Of a stretch of DNA of 64,000 bases, positions 49,159 to 58,654 are shown piece after piece; position 1 is the first letter of the stretch; each line of letters begins with the position of its first letter. The stretch spans positions 32,001 to 96,000 of the forward strand of contig JAUVXW010000009.1 of NCBI GenBank assembly GCA_030603385.1. The letters run 5' to 3'. A program made the position numbers and the translations under genes. The notes under the pieces were generated by a model. The model did no database searches, was not told the origin of the DNA, and saw nothing but the letters and a program-made list of their open reading frames with translations. This DNA is from Promethearchaeota archaeon (GTDB lineage: Archaea; Asgardarchaeota; Lokiarchaeia; Sigyniarchaeales; SOKP01).

Positions 49159-49319
49159 TATCTAACCTCCTTGTTATTTGAAATAAATTTTTTAATTGAT
49201 AATTTCTTTAAAAATTCATACTCGTCATAAGGGCTATGTGGTACATAATATAGAGAGTCATAATTCAGGAGCTTATGAGTTTCAGCATCTACAGGTAGTT
49301 TTTTAATTTCCTTACTCAT
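49158..49319 (-). CDS. 53-aa ORF, below the ORF-track size cut-off
   Basis: MSKEIKKLPVDAETHKLLNYD...NNKEVR*; start overlaps the end of the upstream gene and the stop overlaps the ParB ATG (TAATG). Confidence 0.55.
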   Translation of the reverse strand: MSKEIKKLPVDAETHKLLNYDSLYYVPHSPYDEYEFLKKLSIKKFISNNKEVR

Positions 49320-49629
49320 CTTTTTTAACCTCCTTGATAAGTTCTGATAATTTATGTTGACATTTTTTAAACTCCCATTGTATCATATTATATACTTCCT
49401 CTGCTGTATCCAATTCTCGAACTAATTCACCAATTTCACCGATAATTGACATTTTTTTACTGACTTTAATTATAGCAGGTGAAAACATTCCTTGCTCTTT
49501 TTTTACCTTCTCCACATGTTTAATTATATTATCCAATGAGTTTCTTATCTGGCTCATATTCCTAAAATTCAACATATGTCTCAATTTTTTCAAATTATCC
49601 AATAAATTTTCTGTAAAGGGTTCTGGCAT
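49312..49629 (-). CDS. Hypothetical helical protein
   Basis: ORF abutting the stop codon of the TOPRIM gene. Confidence 0.7.
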   Translation of the reverse strand: MPEPFTENLLDNLKKLRHMLNFRNMSQIRNSLDNIIKHVEKVKKEQGMFSPAIIKVSKKMSIIGEIGELVRELDTAEEVYNMIQWEFKKCQHKLSELIKEVKKDE

Positions 49630-51636
49630 TTACTCATCCTCCAATTCAAATTCAATTTCATCATCTATTTCCTCATCTTCAATTTCCTCTAATTCCTCTT
49701 CTTCAAGTTCAATATCTTCAATTTCCTCATCACCCAATTCTTCGAAATCAATTGGTTCCTCAAGTATTTCAATAAGTTCGTCTTGTAATTCTGTCATAAA
49801 ATTATCAAAATTAGTTTCAATAAAACTTTCTCTTCTCTCTATAAATTCCTCTTTAAGTTCATTATATTCTGGAATTTGCTTAATAATTCTTTTACATATA
49901 ACCTTTTGCTTTCTTACCAGTTTTCTAAGTCCCTCAGTTTGTTCATTTGATAATATACGCAATTGTCTATTCTGCTTTTCAATAATACTCCAAGGATCTT
50001 TAACAATATTATCACCCTTATATCCCTTATTTTTCCTTAGAATTTTTTTGAAAATATCATATTTACCCTTTGTATATATTAGATTTTGGAGCTCCTCATT
50101 AGTCTCACGCATTTTATTAACTCTATCTCTTATAAGCTCATACCAATCTGTCGTAAATCGCACGTTCCTCTCATCTAAATACTCATTAAATTCTCTATAT
50201 GCTTCTTCTCCAATTTCTCCCTGTTTTTCAGTTATTTTATCTGATAATTCCCTCAATTTATTATTGACAATATTTATTCTTCTCTCTATTTCCTTGTCTA
50301 TATTATCTATAAATTCTGGTCTTGAAACATTGAGAGTATTTAATGTTGGCTCATAATAATCTGGTTTTTCATATCTACTCAAGTTCCATGGTCTTTCTGG
50401 ATCTTCTAAAATTCCAATTAAATAATCAATAAAATCTCTGGCTTTATTTTGCTCATAATCTTCTTCTTCTCTTTTTGTTAACAAACTGTTTATCTCTGCC
50501 CGCCTCTCTAAACAGGAATTAATCCAATTATTATATTTTTCTCTTTCATCTTCAGTTATATCAAACTCTAAAACCTTATTTCTTACCTTTTCTTTCTGTT
50601 TTTCTTTCTGTGTTTCTGTAACATCATAATCTTCGGCTATTTCATCAAACTCCACCCCAATATGCTCTAAAAAGTCAGGATTTATCCCTACACTTTCACA
50701 GGGAAATCTTTCCCTAATGTTGAAATAAATCATAAGTCCGTCTATATCTAAATCATGTTGAACAAATACATAAAAATTTCTAACTTTTGAAAATGGTATT
50801 AAATATTTAATTACTGCACTTACAGGATAACCACCTAAAGAAATACCATAAAATCCCTCGTTATATCCCCTATTAATTAGTTCTCGCATTGTAAAATCAA
50901 TAAGTATCGTTTTTTCACAGATAATTAAGAAAAAAGGTACATTTTCAAATTCCTCCAATCTCTCCAATTCAATCAGATTTTTCTTTGTTAAAATAATTTC
51001 TACCATATTCATATCAAATATATTCGCAGTACCCTTAATATCAACTCCGAGATAATCTGGAACATAACCCCAATACTCAAAACCTAAAAATTCAAAGAGT
51101 TTATTATAATATTTATCTACTGCTTGACCAATAGCTTTTTGTTGCTCTTCTTTAGTGCCTTTTAAATTTAATTTACCACCAAAACTTTTCCTGACCTTAT
51201 AGAATACCTCCCGTTTATCTGTTTTTTGGAGGTTCAAATCTAATTGCTTAAAAATCCATCTCTTATTTAATATCTTAACTACTTCTTTTTTTTCTTTAAT
51301 TCTTGGAAATTCTTTGACTAAATACACTATATCTTTATATTTTGTTTTTGGTATTTGTTTCCTATAATAATCATCCAATTTTTCAACAACATGTTCTCTA
51401 ACATTTGTCCTCCATATAGGTATATGAATAGCACGACAAATATGATGATATTTTGGTTTTCTCATTAACCAAACTTCAAAATCCCCCAGATGTACTCCAT
51501 TATCTTTAAATGCCTGTTTACCTGTTTCGGCATAATATTCCTTTATCGATTCGTCTCCATACTTTTCTATAAATTCATTATAAAGCATTCGAACAACAGG
51601 CGAGTGAAATTTTTTTATTAAATCTTCTCGATTCAA
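49630..51636 (-). CDS. Spo11/Topoisomerase VI-A-like TOPRIM protein with N-terminal ETGK module, coiled coil and acidic tail
   Basis: KREVFY (5Y-CAP-like Tyr), IICEK, LGGYP, HDLDIDGLMIY (DxD), SVGI, RAEINSL. Confidence 0.78.
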   Translation of the reverse strand: MNREDLIKKFHSPVVRMLYNEFIEKYGDESIKEYYAETGKQAFKDNGVHLGDFEVWLMRKPKYHHICRAIHIPIWRTNVREHVVEKLDDYYRKQIPKTKYKDIVYLVKEFPRIKEKKEVVKILNKRWIFKQLDLNLQKTDKREVFYKVRKSFGGKLNLKGTKEEQQKAIGQAVDKYYNKLFEFLGFEYWGYVPDYLGVDIKGTANIFDMNMVEIILTKKNLIELERLEEFENVPFFLIICEKTILIDFTMRELINRGYNEGFYGISLGGYPVSAVIKYLIPFSKVRNFYVFVQHDLDIDGLMIYFNIRERFPCESVGINPDFLEHIGVEFDEIAEDYDVTETQKEKQKEKVRNKVLEFDITEDEREKYNNWINSCLERRAEINSLLTKREEEDYEQNKARDFIDYLIGILEDPERPWNLSRYEKPDYYEPTLNTLNVSRPEFIDNIDKEIERRINIVNNKLRELSDKITEKQGEIGEEAYREFNEYLDERNVRFTTDWYELIRDRVNKMRETNEELQNLIYTKGKYDIFKKILRKNKGYKGDNIVKDPWSIIEKQNRQLRILSNEQTEGLRKLVRKQKVICKRIIKQIPEYNELKEEFIERRESFIETNFDNFMTELQDELIEILEEPIDFEELGDEEIEDIELEEEELEEIEDEEIDDEIEFELEDE

Positions 51637-52130
51637 TCATCTTCATCTCCTATTCCCCTATCTTTACCACCAAAAATATATGGCGAGTATAATTCCTCTA
51701 AATCCTGATAACTTAAATCTTTTAAAGAATTATTACCTTTCCATCGATTTTTCCAAAATATTTCTAATTCGTCAAGTGTATTAAATTCAGCACCTTCTAA
51801 ATAATCTGGATTTTGTCTTACCCAATGAAACATATATATTGGAATTAGTTCTGGATATTCCTTAACAAGTTTTAAATATTTTATAAAAAATTGGTTTGTT
51901 TTTTTCTCAGTTAATCCAAGAATTTTTATCATGGATTTTACATTATACGATGAATCAGGTTTATGATTATCCGATATATCTTTAAACAATGGTTCTAATT
52001 CCTTTTTTAACCAATTTAAATTATTAGCATCTTCTCCTTCCAAATTACAGAATTCAATAGCCCATTCAAATTCTTTATATTTTTTCATACATTTTAAAAT
52101 TATTTCCTTAAACATCAAATGTTCACTCAT
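51633..52130 (-). CDS. Hypothetical protein
   Basis: 165-aa ORF with SD GGAGG. Confidence 0.7.
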   Translation of the reverse strand: MSEHLMFKEIILKCMKKYKEFEWAIEFCNLEGEDANNLNWLKKELEPLFKDISDNHKPDSSYNVKSMIKILGLTEKKTNQFFIKYLKLVKEYPELIPIYMFHWVRQNPDYLEGAEFNTLDELEIFWKNRWKGNNSLKDLSYQDLEELYSPYIFGGKDRGIGDEDD

Positions 52131-52279
52131 TATTCTCTGACCTCCTCGTTTTTTACTTTAATATCAAGATAATTTCTAACAAGTTCAGCAACCAGCTTTT
52201 TTATGGATTTGTTTTCTTTTGAGGCTCTTGTTTTCAATAGAATGTGAAGTTCGTCATCTATAATAATTTGTTTAACCAT
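52130..52279 (-). CDS. Ribbon-helix-helix (CopG-like) regulator, 49 aa, absent from the ORF track
   Basis: MVKQIIIDDELHILLKTRASKENKSIKKLVAELVRNYLDIKVKNEEVRE*; first gene of the operon, TAATG overlap with the next gene. Confidence 0.8.
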   Translation of the reverse strand: MVKQIIIDDELHILLKTRASKENKSIKKLVAELVRNYLDIKVKNEEVRE

Positions 52280-52289
52280 AATATAATCT

Positions 52290-53583
52290 CTCTTTCATTT
52301 TTTTCGATTTATCGATTAATCTATTAATTAAAATAAATATTGGATTATTTATAAATCTATTTTTCACATACAAACGATATATCCTGTTTGATAATAACAT
52401 TAGCAATAATTAGATTCATGAGTTGAATAATTAGACAGATGTGATATTTTGAGTTTCTGGGAATTTTAGATATTTGACTTGTAGTATGGTTTAAACTCAA
52501 TTATAATACATGAAATTGTGTTTTGAATATTCCAAACATGTTTTAAATCTTTCTACTCTATAAATATGGCATAATTGGAATATCGAAAATTTTTCGATCT
52601 TATATTTTTATATTTTATTAGTTTGATGACATCTATATATCCAATTAATCTACAACTCCAATTTGATATATAGCATTTAATAGATTAAAAAAAATCCAAT
52701 GTACACCAATTCTATTGGTGTATTAATATATACTATAATTGAAAATTAGAGTGTATGTATATGTACCTTGGAATATTTAAGTTTAAAAATTTTTTTGAAA
52801 AAAATTTAATTTTTTTACAAAAAATAGATAAATATTGAAAAATTTTTAATGTTCTCTTAAATTGTTTAAAAGATATTATAGAGATTGAATGATTTTCCGT
52901 TATATATTAGATATAATATAAAATCTTTAAAATAAATAAATAATTATATCATTTTTTTCAAATAATAGGAATTTTTTACTTTATAATAATTATTATTTTA
53001 TTGGATTGTTTAATATATAAAGTTAAAGTATAATGATTATGGTTTCTGGCTATTTGTTTGATGTACTTATTATTTTCAATACTAATTTCTAAAACTTGGG
53101 TAATTTTAGTATTAAAAAAATCCAAAAATAACACGAAATTAGTTAATTATAATTAAAATCATAATTATCTTTGATTTAAATTAGATTAAATCCAATAAAT
53201 TTAATAGAAATAGAATGAAATTAAGTTATTTTTAAAGATAATTGATTTTGAATAGTGGAAATGATAGAATCATTAGAAAATTTATTTTGATTATAACAGG
53301 AGATATAATGTATAAATTTTTTATTAGATGATTTATTCTGAATACGATTAGAAAGTTTCTACTCAATATAGATATGTTTTATATTTAAATCAATCGTGAT
53401 TTTTTTTAAAATTCTGCTTCTAAATACCAAATTCAGAGTTTAATTTTTTCTCCATAATGAGAAATGAAGAAATATTCAAATATTCTATATATAGGAAAAA
53501 AAAAAAAATAAAAAAAAATAATAAAAAAAAATAAAATATATATAATATAATATTGAGTTTTTTCTAATTATCTCATTATGAAT
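52290..53583. other. AT-rich non-coding region; candidate replication origin of the element
   Basis: 1.3 kb without ORFs, immediately downstream of the SF3 helicase. Inverted repeat CATAATGAGA (53453) / TCTCATTATG (53571) flanks an A-tract; palindrome TACACCAAT-TCT-ATTGGTGTA at 52702-52722. Confidence 0.5.
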
Positions 53584-55362
53584 TTAAAAAGCTTCAAATT
53601 GAAAATCATCGTCTGTTTCAAAAAGCTCATTAGCATCTATTTTCTCAGAGTCCTCTAATTTAATATCATCAAAAATTTCTACTTGTTTTTCTGTTTCAAA
53701 TTCACTTTTTCCATATTCCTCGTTTTCCTCTCTTGCATCTTCAAATGCCCTTCTTACTCTTATTGATTGTATGTTATCATCACTTTTAAAATCTTCGTTA
53801 TAACTTATTCCTCTATATTTATAACCACTACTTTCTGAATGTGTTTTCTTGCTAACTGAAATAACTCTTACTTTTGGATATATCGATTTTAAGGAACGCG
53901 TACATTTTGATTTAGAAATTTCTGGGAGTCCTCGTTTCTTCCTCCAATTACATATCATCTCATAAAATAATTGACAATCAATTGAACCAGTTTCATTATC
54001 TGAACAATATCTTTCAGTATATTGTGCTACTGGATTCCTCTCAAGTGCCCAAGTCACCCTAACATACTCTTCAGTTTGTCTAAATCCCTTTCTCTCCTCT
54101 AATCTTAATATGGCTATCAAACATTTATTTAATAATCCACTTAATTCTTCTTGTGTAGAAATTTTATCTCCAAAATCTCGAATTATTTCTTTTATTCCAA
54201 ATATATTATAACATGGTATTAATATCCATCTTCTATGAAATCCTTCTGATACATATTTATCGTCTGGTAATATATTACAACCAAATAAATTTTTTGTAAT
54301 ATTCCACCATGTAACATCATCTTGAACTCCTTTCATTTCTCCCGATAATATCTTATTAGTAACAATTTCATTAAATGTATCTGTATATTTTATAGGTTTA
54401 TCTAAAAGATCATCTCCAATATTTACCATTTTATCTCTTAAGTTATGTATTTGAAAAGTTCTACCAAGTTCATGTAATTTTTTTTTACAAATATGTTCCT
54501 TTCCAATAAAATTTGTTATAATCTCTATAAGTGTTGTTTTACCTGAACTGGGAGGTCCAAACAGCATAAAAGCCTTTTGAAATTTAATTGTTGGTATTAA
54601 AAAATAACCAATCATTTCATATACATCGTTTTTATACCTTTTTCCAACAATTAAACTAATTTCCTTATCAATTAAAGGACATTTAGCTTTTGGATTGAAT
54701 TCAACAGGTAATTGAGTAAATGTTCTAATTGGTTTTTCTATCTTTTTATGAGATATGAATTGCCATTTTTTACCCCTTCTTATTAATAAACCATTTAACA
54801 CATTTATAATATTTTCATTGTAGTGAAATGTATCTAAATGTACATATGTTTCATCTCGAATTAGATCATAAACATTATTACGTGTTGATATGGTATGTCT
54901 GAAACCTTCAATTCCTTTGGCAATTTTATTAATCTCCTGTTTTATCTTTGTTTTTGGTATTGTTCCTCTTTGATAATATCCCTTATTATATAAACAGAAT
55001 TCATCAGTTTCTCGAAGTGTTAATAATTTATCTCCATGTTTATCTACAATTTGTTTTTCTATATTTCTCTCAATTTGTTCAGATGTTTCTGTTTGTTTTT
55101 CTGCTTCAATTTGAACCTTAATTGTATGTTCTAAATTAACAAAATAATTTAATAATTTTTGAGCTGTATTGTTAGTTAAAAAATTTAATTCCGAAAGATA
55201 TTGATTAAGTTCATTTTTAGGTTTTTTAATTTCAATATGTTGTTTTTTATTCCAATTAAAGTAACATATAAAATTCTTATCATGAAATATATTAACTCCC
55301 TTTTTATCAGGGTCAATTACTAACACTAAATTATCATTAACTTTTAATCTTCTTCTTACCAT
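53584..55362 (-). CDS. Superfamily 3 helicase (P4/D5-type primase-helicase C-terminal region)
   Basis: D5_N-like INVLNG...FTQLPVEFNPKAKCP; Walker A GPPSSGKTT; Walker B NIGDD; motif C FGCN; FHRRW; C-terminal wHTH. Confidence 0.88.
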   Translation of the reverse strand: MVRRRLKVNDNLVLVIDPDKKGVNIFHDKNFICYFNWNKKQHIEIKKPKNELNQYLSELNFLTNNTAQKLLNYFVNLEHTIKVQIEAEKQTETSEQIERNIEKQIVDKHGDKLLTLRETDEFCLYNKGYYQRGTIPKTKIKQEINKIAKGIEGFRHTISTRNNVYDLIRDETYVHLDTFHYNENIINVLNGLLIRRGKKWQFISHKKIEKPIRTFTQLPVEFNPKAKCPLIDKEISLIVGKRYKNDVYEMIGYFLIPTIKFQKAFMLFGPPSSGKTTLIEIITNFIGKEHICKKKLHELGRTFQIHNLRDKMVNIGDDLLDKPIKYTDTFNEIVTNKILSGEMKGVQDDVTWWNITKNLFGCNILPDDKYVSEGFHRRWILIPCYNIFGIKEIIRDFGDKISTQEELSGLLNKCLIAILRLEERKGFRQTEEYVRVTWALERNPVAQYTERYCSDNETGSIDCQLFYEMICNWRKKRGLPEISKSKCTRSLKSIYPKVRVISVSKKTHSESSGYKYRGISYNEDFKSDDNIQSIRVRRAFEDAREENEEYGKSEFETEKQVEIFDDIKLEDSEKIDANELFETDDDFQFEAF

Positions 55363-55376
55363 TATTTAACCTCTTA

Positions 55377-55919
55377 TCAATTTATATTAATATCCTTCCA
55401 ATATTTTTCCGTTTTGGCTTTGGCAAAAAAATTCAATACGTCTTCTGGTGGTTGTGATGTAATATTCCCAGATTCTAAATTTCTTTTTAAATAATTAACA
55501 TAACTTTTACAAAAACCTTTAAAAGATGTATTTGGAATTTTCCAATTATATCCAATTAATTCTAATAATAATAAACAACGTATATTATCTTCCCTCTCAA
55601 TCTTTCCTTTAATATTAATAGTAATTAAATTATCAAATTCTTGTTGTGTTACGACCTCACCAGATTGTGTTTCAATAAATTCTTTTAACTCCTTAATTTT
55701 TTTGCCAATACCAATTGGAAAAATTGGTCTACCGAATGTTGTAAATATTACAATAAAATCTCCATTTCTGGATGTTCCAGGTGTGTAAACTCCATTTTCA
55801 ATAACATCCATTCCAACACCACCTAAAATTAAAACCCAGTTATTATCTAAATATTCCTCTAACATACTCCATAATTCGTTATTATCAAAAAGTCCAATCT
55901 TTCCATGTTTTTTACTCAT
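55377..55919 (-). CDS. Hypothetical protein
   Basis: 180-aa ORF upstream of the helicase. Confidence 0.7.
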   Translation of the reverse strand: MSKKHGKIGLFDNNELWSMLEEYLDNNWVLILGGVGMDVIENGVYTPGTSRNGDFIVIFTTFGRPIFPIGIGKKIKELKEFIETQSGEVVTQQEFDNLITINIKGKIEREDNIRCLLLLELIGYNWKIPNTSFKGFCKSYVNYLKRNLESGNITSQPPEDVLNFFAKAKTEKYWKDININ

Positions 55920-56344
55920 CTTTTATAACCTTTTATTAAACTCCCTACATTTTCTTTTTCTATCAATAATTTATTTAATTCTTCTTTGGTGTCGCACGGT
56001 TTAACAATAATATAATGTGCTTTACAATGTAGACATCTGATATATATAAAAATTACTAATACCTGATTACAAACTTCAATATCATCTATAATTACGTTTT
56101 TATTACATGTTCCACAGATGTTATTATCCAACAATTGTTTTACATGTAAATCTATATCTTCTTTGGTTATAACTAATTTGAATTTAGTTATAATATTACA
56201 GTGTAAACATCCTTCTGAAACTATAACATCATAATCTTTTAGATTATATTCCGTTTGTTTAATTAAAGGATTTTTACATATACTACAAATATTCGATTCA
56301 AGAATTCTCCTTTTGCTTGATTTTAATTTTTCTGTCACTTTCAT
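55916..56344 (-). CDS. Tandem zinc-ribbon protein
   Basis: Two repeats of NICxxC...CLHC. Confidence 0.75.
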   Translation of the reverse strand: MKVTEKLKSSKRRILESNICSICKNPLIKQTEYNLKDYDVIVSEGCLHCNIITKFKLVITKEDIDLHVKQLLDNNICGTCNKNVIIDDIEVCNQVLVIFIYIRCLHCKAHYIIVKPCDTKEELNKLLIEKENVGSLIKGYKR

Positions 56345-56522
56345 CTTCCAAGTTTTTAGTTAGATTTTTAATTCTAATTCTTTTAAAATCATTTTCTTCC
56401 CCAAACTCAATTAAATCATCAAGCACATAATTATATGACTCTCTTTTAGCTAATTTAAAATCATCTAATTTTACCTTGTTTGACTTACTTATTTGTATTG
56501 AAGAATATTCATCGACAACCAT
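56298..56522 (-). CDS. Small RHH/antitoxin-like regulator heading the replication operon
   Basis: SSIQISKSNKVKLDDFK...ESYNYVLDDLI; paralogue at 22989. Confidence 0.75.
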   Translation of the reverse strand: MVVDEYSSIQISKSNKVKLDDFKLAKRESYNYVLDDLIEFGEENDFKRIRIKNLTKNLEDESDRKIKIKQKENS

Positions 56523-57040
56523 AATTTAATCATCCAATTTTATCATAACTTATAATTAATTATTATAATTTATTATTATTTATAAATATTATTGAGTAAA
56601 TCGATGTAATACATAGATTCAACATAAAACATACATAAGCACATGATTTGGATAAATCTAACAAAAGTTAAAAAATAGTTAAAAAATTGTAAATGTCGTT
56701 AAAACATATATGAGATGTTATTTTTATACATTAGATGAAAAATGAACAAAGACAAAAATATTCGAAAAATTGAAAAGACCCCTGTGGAAGGCAGGGGCAA
56801 TAAATAGAGGTTTAAGATTTTGACAGAAAAATTAAACTCTAATTATTATAAAATTTATAACATTTATAAATTTATTTGAATGTAATCATTCTAAACCTAT
56901 CATTGGGTTTTAGTTTTATCCAATTTGTAAAATTGACTTAAATATTCACTTATTTGTTATTAGAAGTTATATAATAGAAAAATTATAATTGGATTAAAAA
57001 TTTATTTTAATTAATTGGATAACCAAATAGAGTAATTAGA

Positions 57041-57631
57041 ATGAAGATATTGATAACAGAAATCCCAGAAAAACGTCCAGATTTAATTTTGATGTTTGAA
57101 AGAGAAACTGGTAAGAATGCTATGTATAAGAAGAGTGGAAAAATAACTAAACAATTTAAATATTGGCTTCGACAAAAAATAAAATATGAAAACCTTCAAT
57201 GTGACATCTGTAGCAGAAATGACTTTAAAAATAAATATTCGTTGGCTCGTCATTTAAACTGGCATAATAAAGAATATCGAGAAAATCATAGTGGAGAAAA
57301 CCATCCTCATTTTGGTAAACGTGGCAAAGAAACTCAGTATTGTAAGGGTGATAATGCTGGTTATCATGCTATACATAACTGGGTTGATAAATATATGCCA
57401 AAGACAGGTATTTGTGAGATATGCGGTAAGCCAGAAAATTATAGAGATTTAGGTCCATTAGAAAAATCCAACAAGACTGGGAAATTAATTAGAGATATCA
57501 ATAATTTTCAGTGGGCTCATAGATATTGCCACAATAAATATGATAAAGATAACAATATAATACATGAGGGTTCACCTAATTTAAAAAAAGAAATAAATTT
57601 AATTAGTTTATCATCTGCCAAAATCGAATGA
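57041..57631 (+). CDS. HNH-type homing-endonuclease-like protein with ETGK module, C2H2 finger and NUMOD3-like motif
   Basis: CDIC...HLNWH; SGENHPHFGK; GYHAIHNWV...CEICG...RDINNFQWAHRYCHNKYD. Confidence 0.78.
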   Translation: MKILITEIPEKRPDLILMFERETGKNAMYKKSGKITKQFKYWLRQKIKYENLQCDICSRNDFKNKYSLARHLNWHNKEYRENHSGENHPHFGKRGKETQYCKGDNAGYHAIHNWVDKYMPKTGICEICGKPENYRDLGPLEKSNKTGKLIRDINNFQWAHRYCHNKYDKDNNIIHEGSPNLKKEINLISLSSAKIE

Positions 57632-57635
57632 TATT

Positions 57636-57929
57636 TTATCTTCTCGATTTATTCATCCTTAAATCTATGTTCTTCTCTGTCTCCTCTATTATCTGTTTTA
57701 AAATTTCTTCGTTCAGAAGTTCCGACAAGTCATAAATATGTCTCTTTCTCTGTCTCTTTTTAGAAGTCCACGTTCCGATATGTATTTCATTCATTTTTTT
57801 AAAATATAATATCTTACATTTCATGCTACAGAAGTTGTTATTATATTCTTTTGATATTTTACCGCAATATCCACATCGACATTTGAGAAATCTAAATACA
57901 CCTTCTGTGATATTGTTATATTCAGTCAT
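57636..57929 (-). CDS. Small zinc-binding protein (CxxC...FCSxxC)
   Basis: CGYCGK...FCSMKC; C-terminus homologous to 22417..22575. Confidence 0.7.
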   Translation of the reverse strand: MTEYNNITEGVFRFLKCRCGYCGKISKEYNNNFCSMKCKILYFKKMNEIHIGTWTSKKRQRKRHIYDLSELLNEEILKQIIEETEKNIDLRMNKSRR

Positions 57930-57950
57930 TTATCATCATTAAAATTTATT

Positions 57951-58067
57951 TTATAACGAGTTGATGTATGGTAATTTTAATCTGGCTTTTCTCTTCTCTT
58001 TAATTTTCTGTTGCTTCCGTTTCTTTCTTTTACTCATTATTTTCTTAATCCTTCGACCTACCATCAT
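57951..58067 (-). CDS. Very basic 38-aa peptide
   Basis: MMVGRRIKKIMSKRKKRKQQKIKEKRKARLKLPYINSL; TAATG overlap with the upstream ORF. Confidence 0.45.
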   Translation of the reverse strand: MMVGRRIKKIMSKRKKRKQQKIKEKRKARLKLPYINSL

Positions 58068-58219
58068 TACCAATTCCAAAAATTCTGTAAATCTTCTTGT
58101 GTAAATAAGCCAAACATTATAAATATACACATTAACACAAAAAATAAAGTAATGCACATGGAAACAATCGAAAGCTTATTCCTGCGTGTTTGCCATGTTT
58201 TCCAATTTTTCTCAACCAT
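58067..58219 (-). CDS. 50-aa single-TM protein, absent from the ORF track
   Basis: MVEKNWKTWQTRRNKLSIVSMCITLFFVLMCIFIMFGLFTQEDLQNFWNW*; TAATG overlaps on both sides. Confidence 0.6.
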   Translation of the reverse strand: MVEKNWKTWQTRRNKLSIVSMCITLFFVLMCIFIMFGLFTQEDLQNFWNW

Positions 58220-58653
58220 TATTTTTTACCAACTTTTTCTTTACATTTTACGCAAATTAAAAAACCATTCTGTTCTATTATTTCTTTATGTGTACAGAAC
58301 AAATCAAGAAGTTTTTCTTTTCTATCTTTCTTTTTATTAACTCTAACTCCACACACTCTACAAACAGTAAATCCGTCAGTGTCCATCATGGATTCGTCGT
58401 GTATACATTTAGTAATGATACCATCAGGAATAAGACTCTCTTTTTGTCTTTTAATTTCTTTATCACTAATTTCTTCCTTGTTTTCTGTTAATATGGGGTG
58501 TAATGCTCGATGGCTCTTATTGATAATATTTTCAAATTTTTGGATAGCCAATTCTTTTTCTTCTTTAGTTCTCCGTCTTTTTCTCTTTCTTTCATATGGT
58601 TTTACTAGTGGAGATCCAATTGAATATTCTCCAATTTTTTTAATTTTTCCCAT
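58219..58653 (-). CDS. Basic protein with two small Zn-ribbon repeats
   Basis: CIH...GFTVCRVCG and CTH...GFLICVKC. Confidence 0.7.
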   Translation of the reverse strand: MGKIKKIGEYSIGSPLVKPYERKRKRRRTKEEKELAIQKFENIINKSHRALHPILTENKEEISDKEIKRQKESLIPDGIITKCIHDESMMDTDGFTVCRVCGVRVNKKKDRKEKLLDLFCTHKEIIEQNGFLICVKCKEKVGKK

Positions 58654-58654
58654 T

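Larger units (their letters stand above)
44041..49192 (-). repeat. Dispersed ~35-40 bp intergenic junction repeat, six copies
   Basis: Minus-strand consensus TAAATTTATTYCAAATNACAAATGANGAGGTGA. Copies at 44041-44080, 44883-44904 (partial), 45109-45150, 45711-45755, 46485-46518 and 49159-49192, each directly before a start codon. Confidence 0.85.

Noticed and set aside
44041-49192. Canonical integron attC array
   Set aside because: The repeats are not palindromic and lack RYYYAAC/GTTRRRY ends; no IntI-specific features were recognisable in the integrase
48463-51636. Wadjet (JetABCD) defence system
   Set aside because: A TOPRIM protein is present, but there are no SMC ATPase, kleisin or KITE genes in the window
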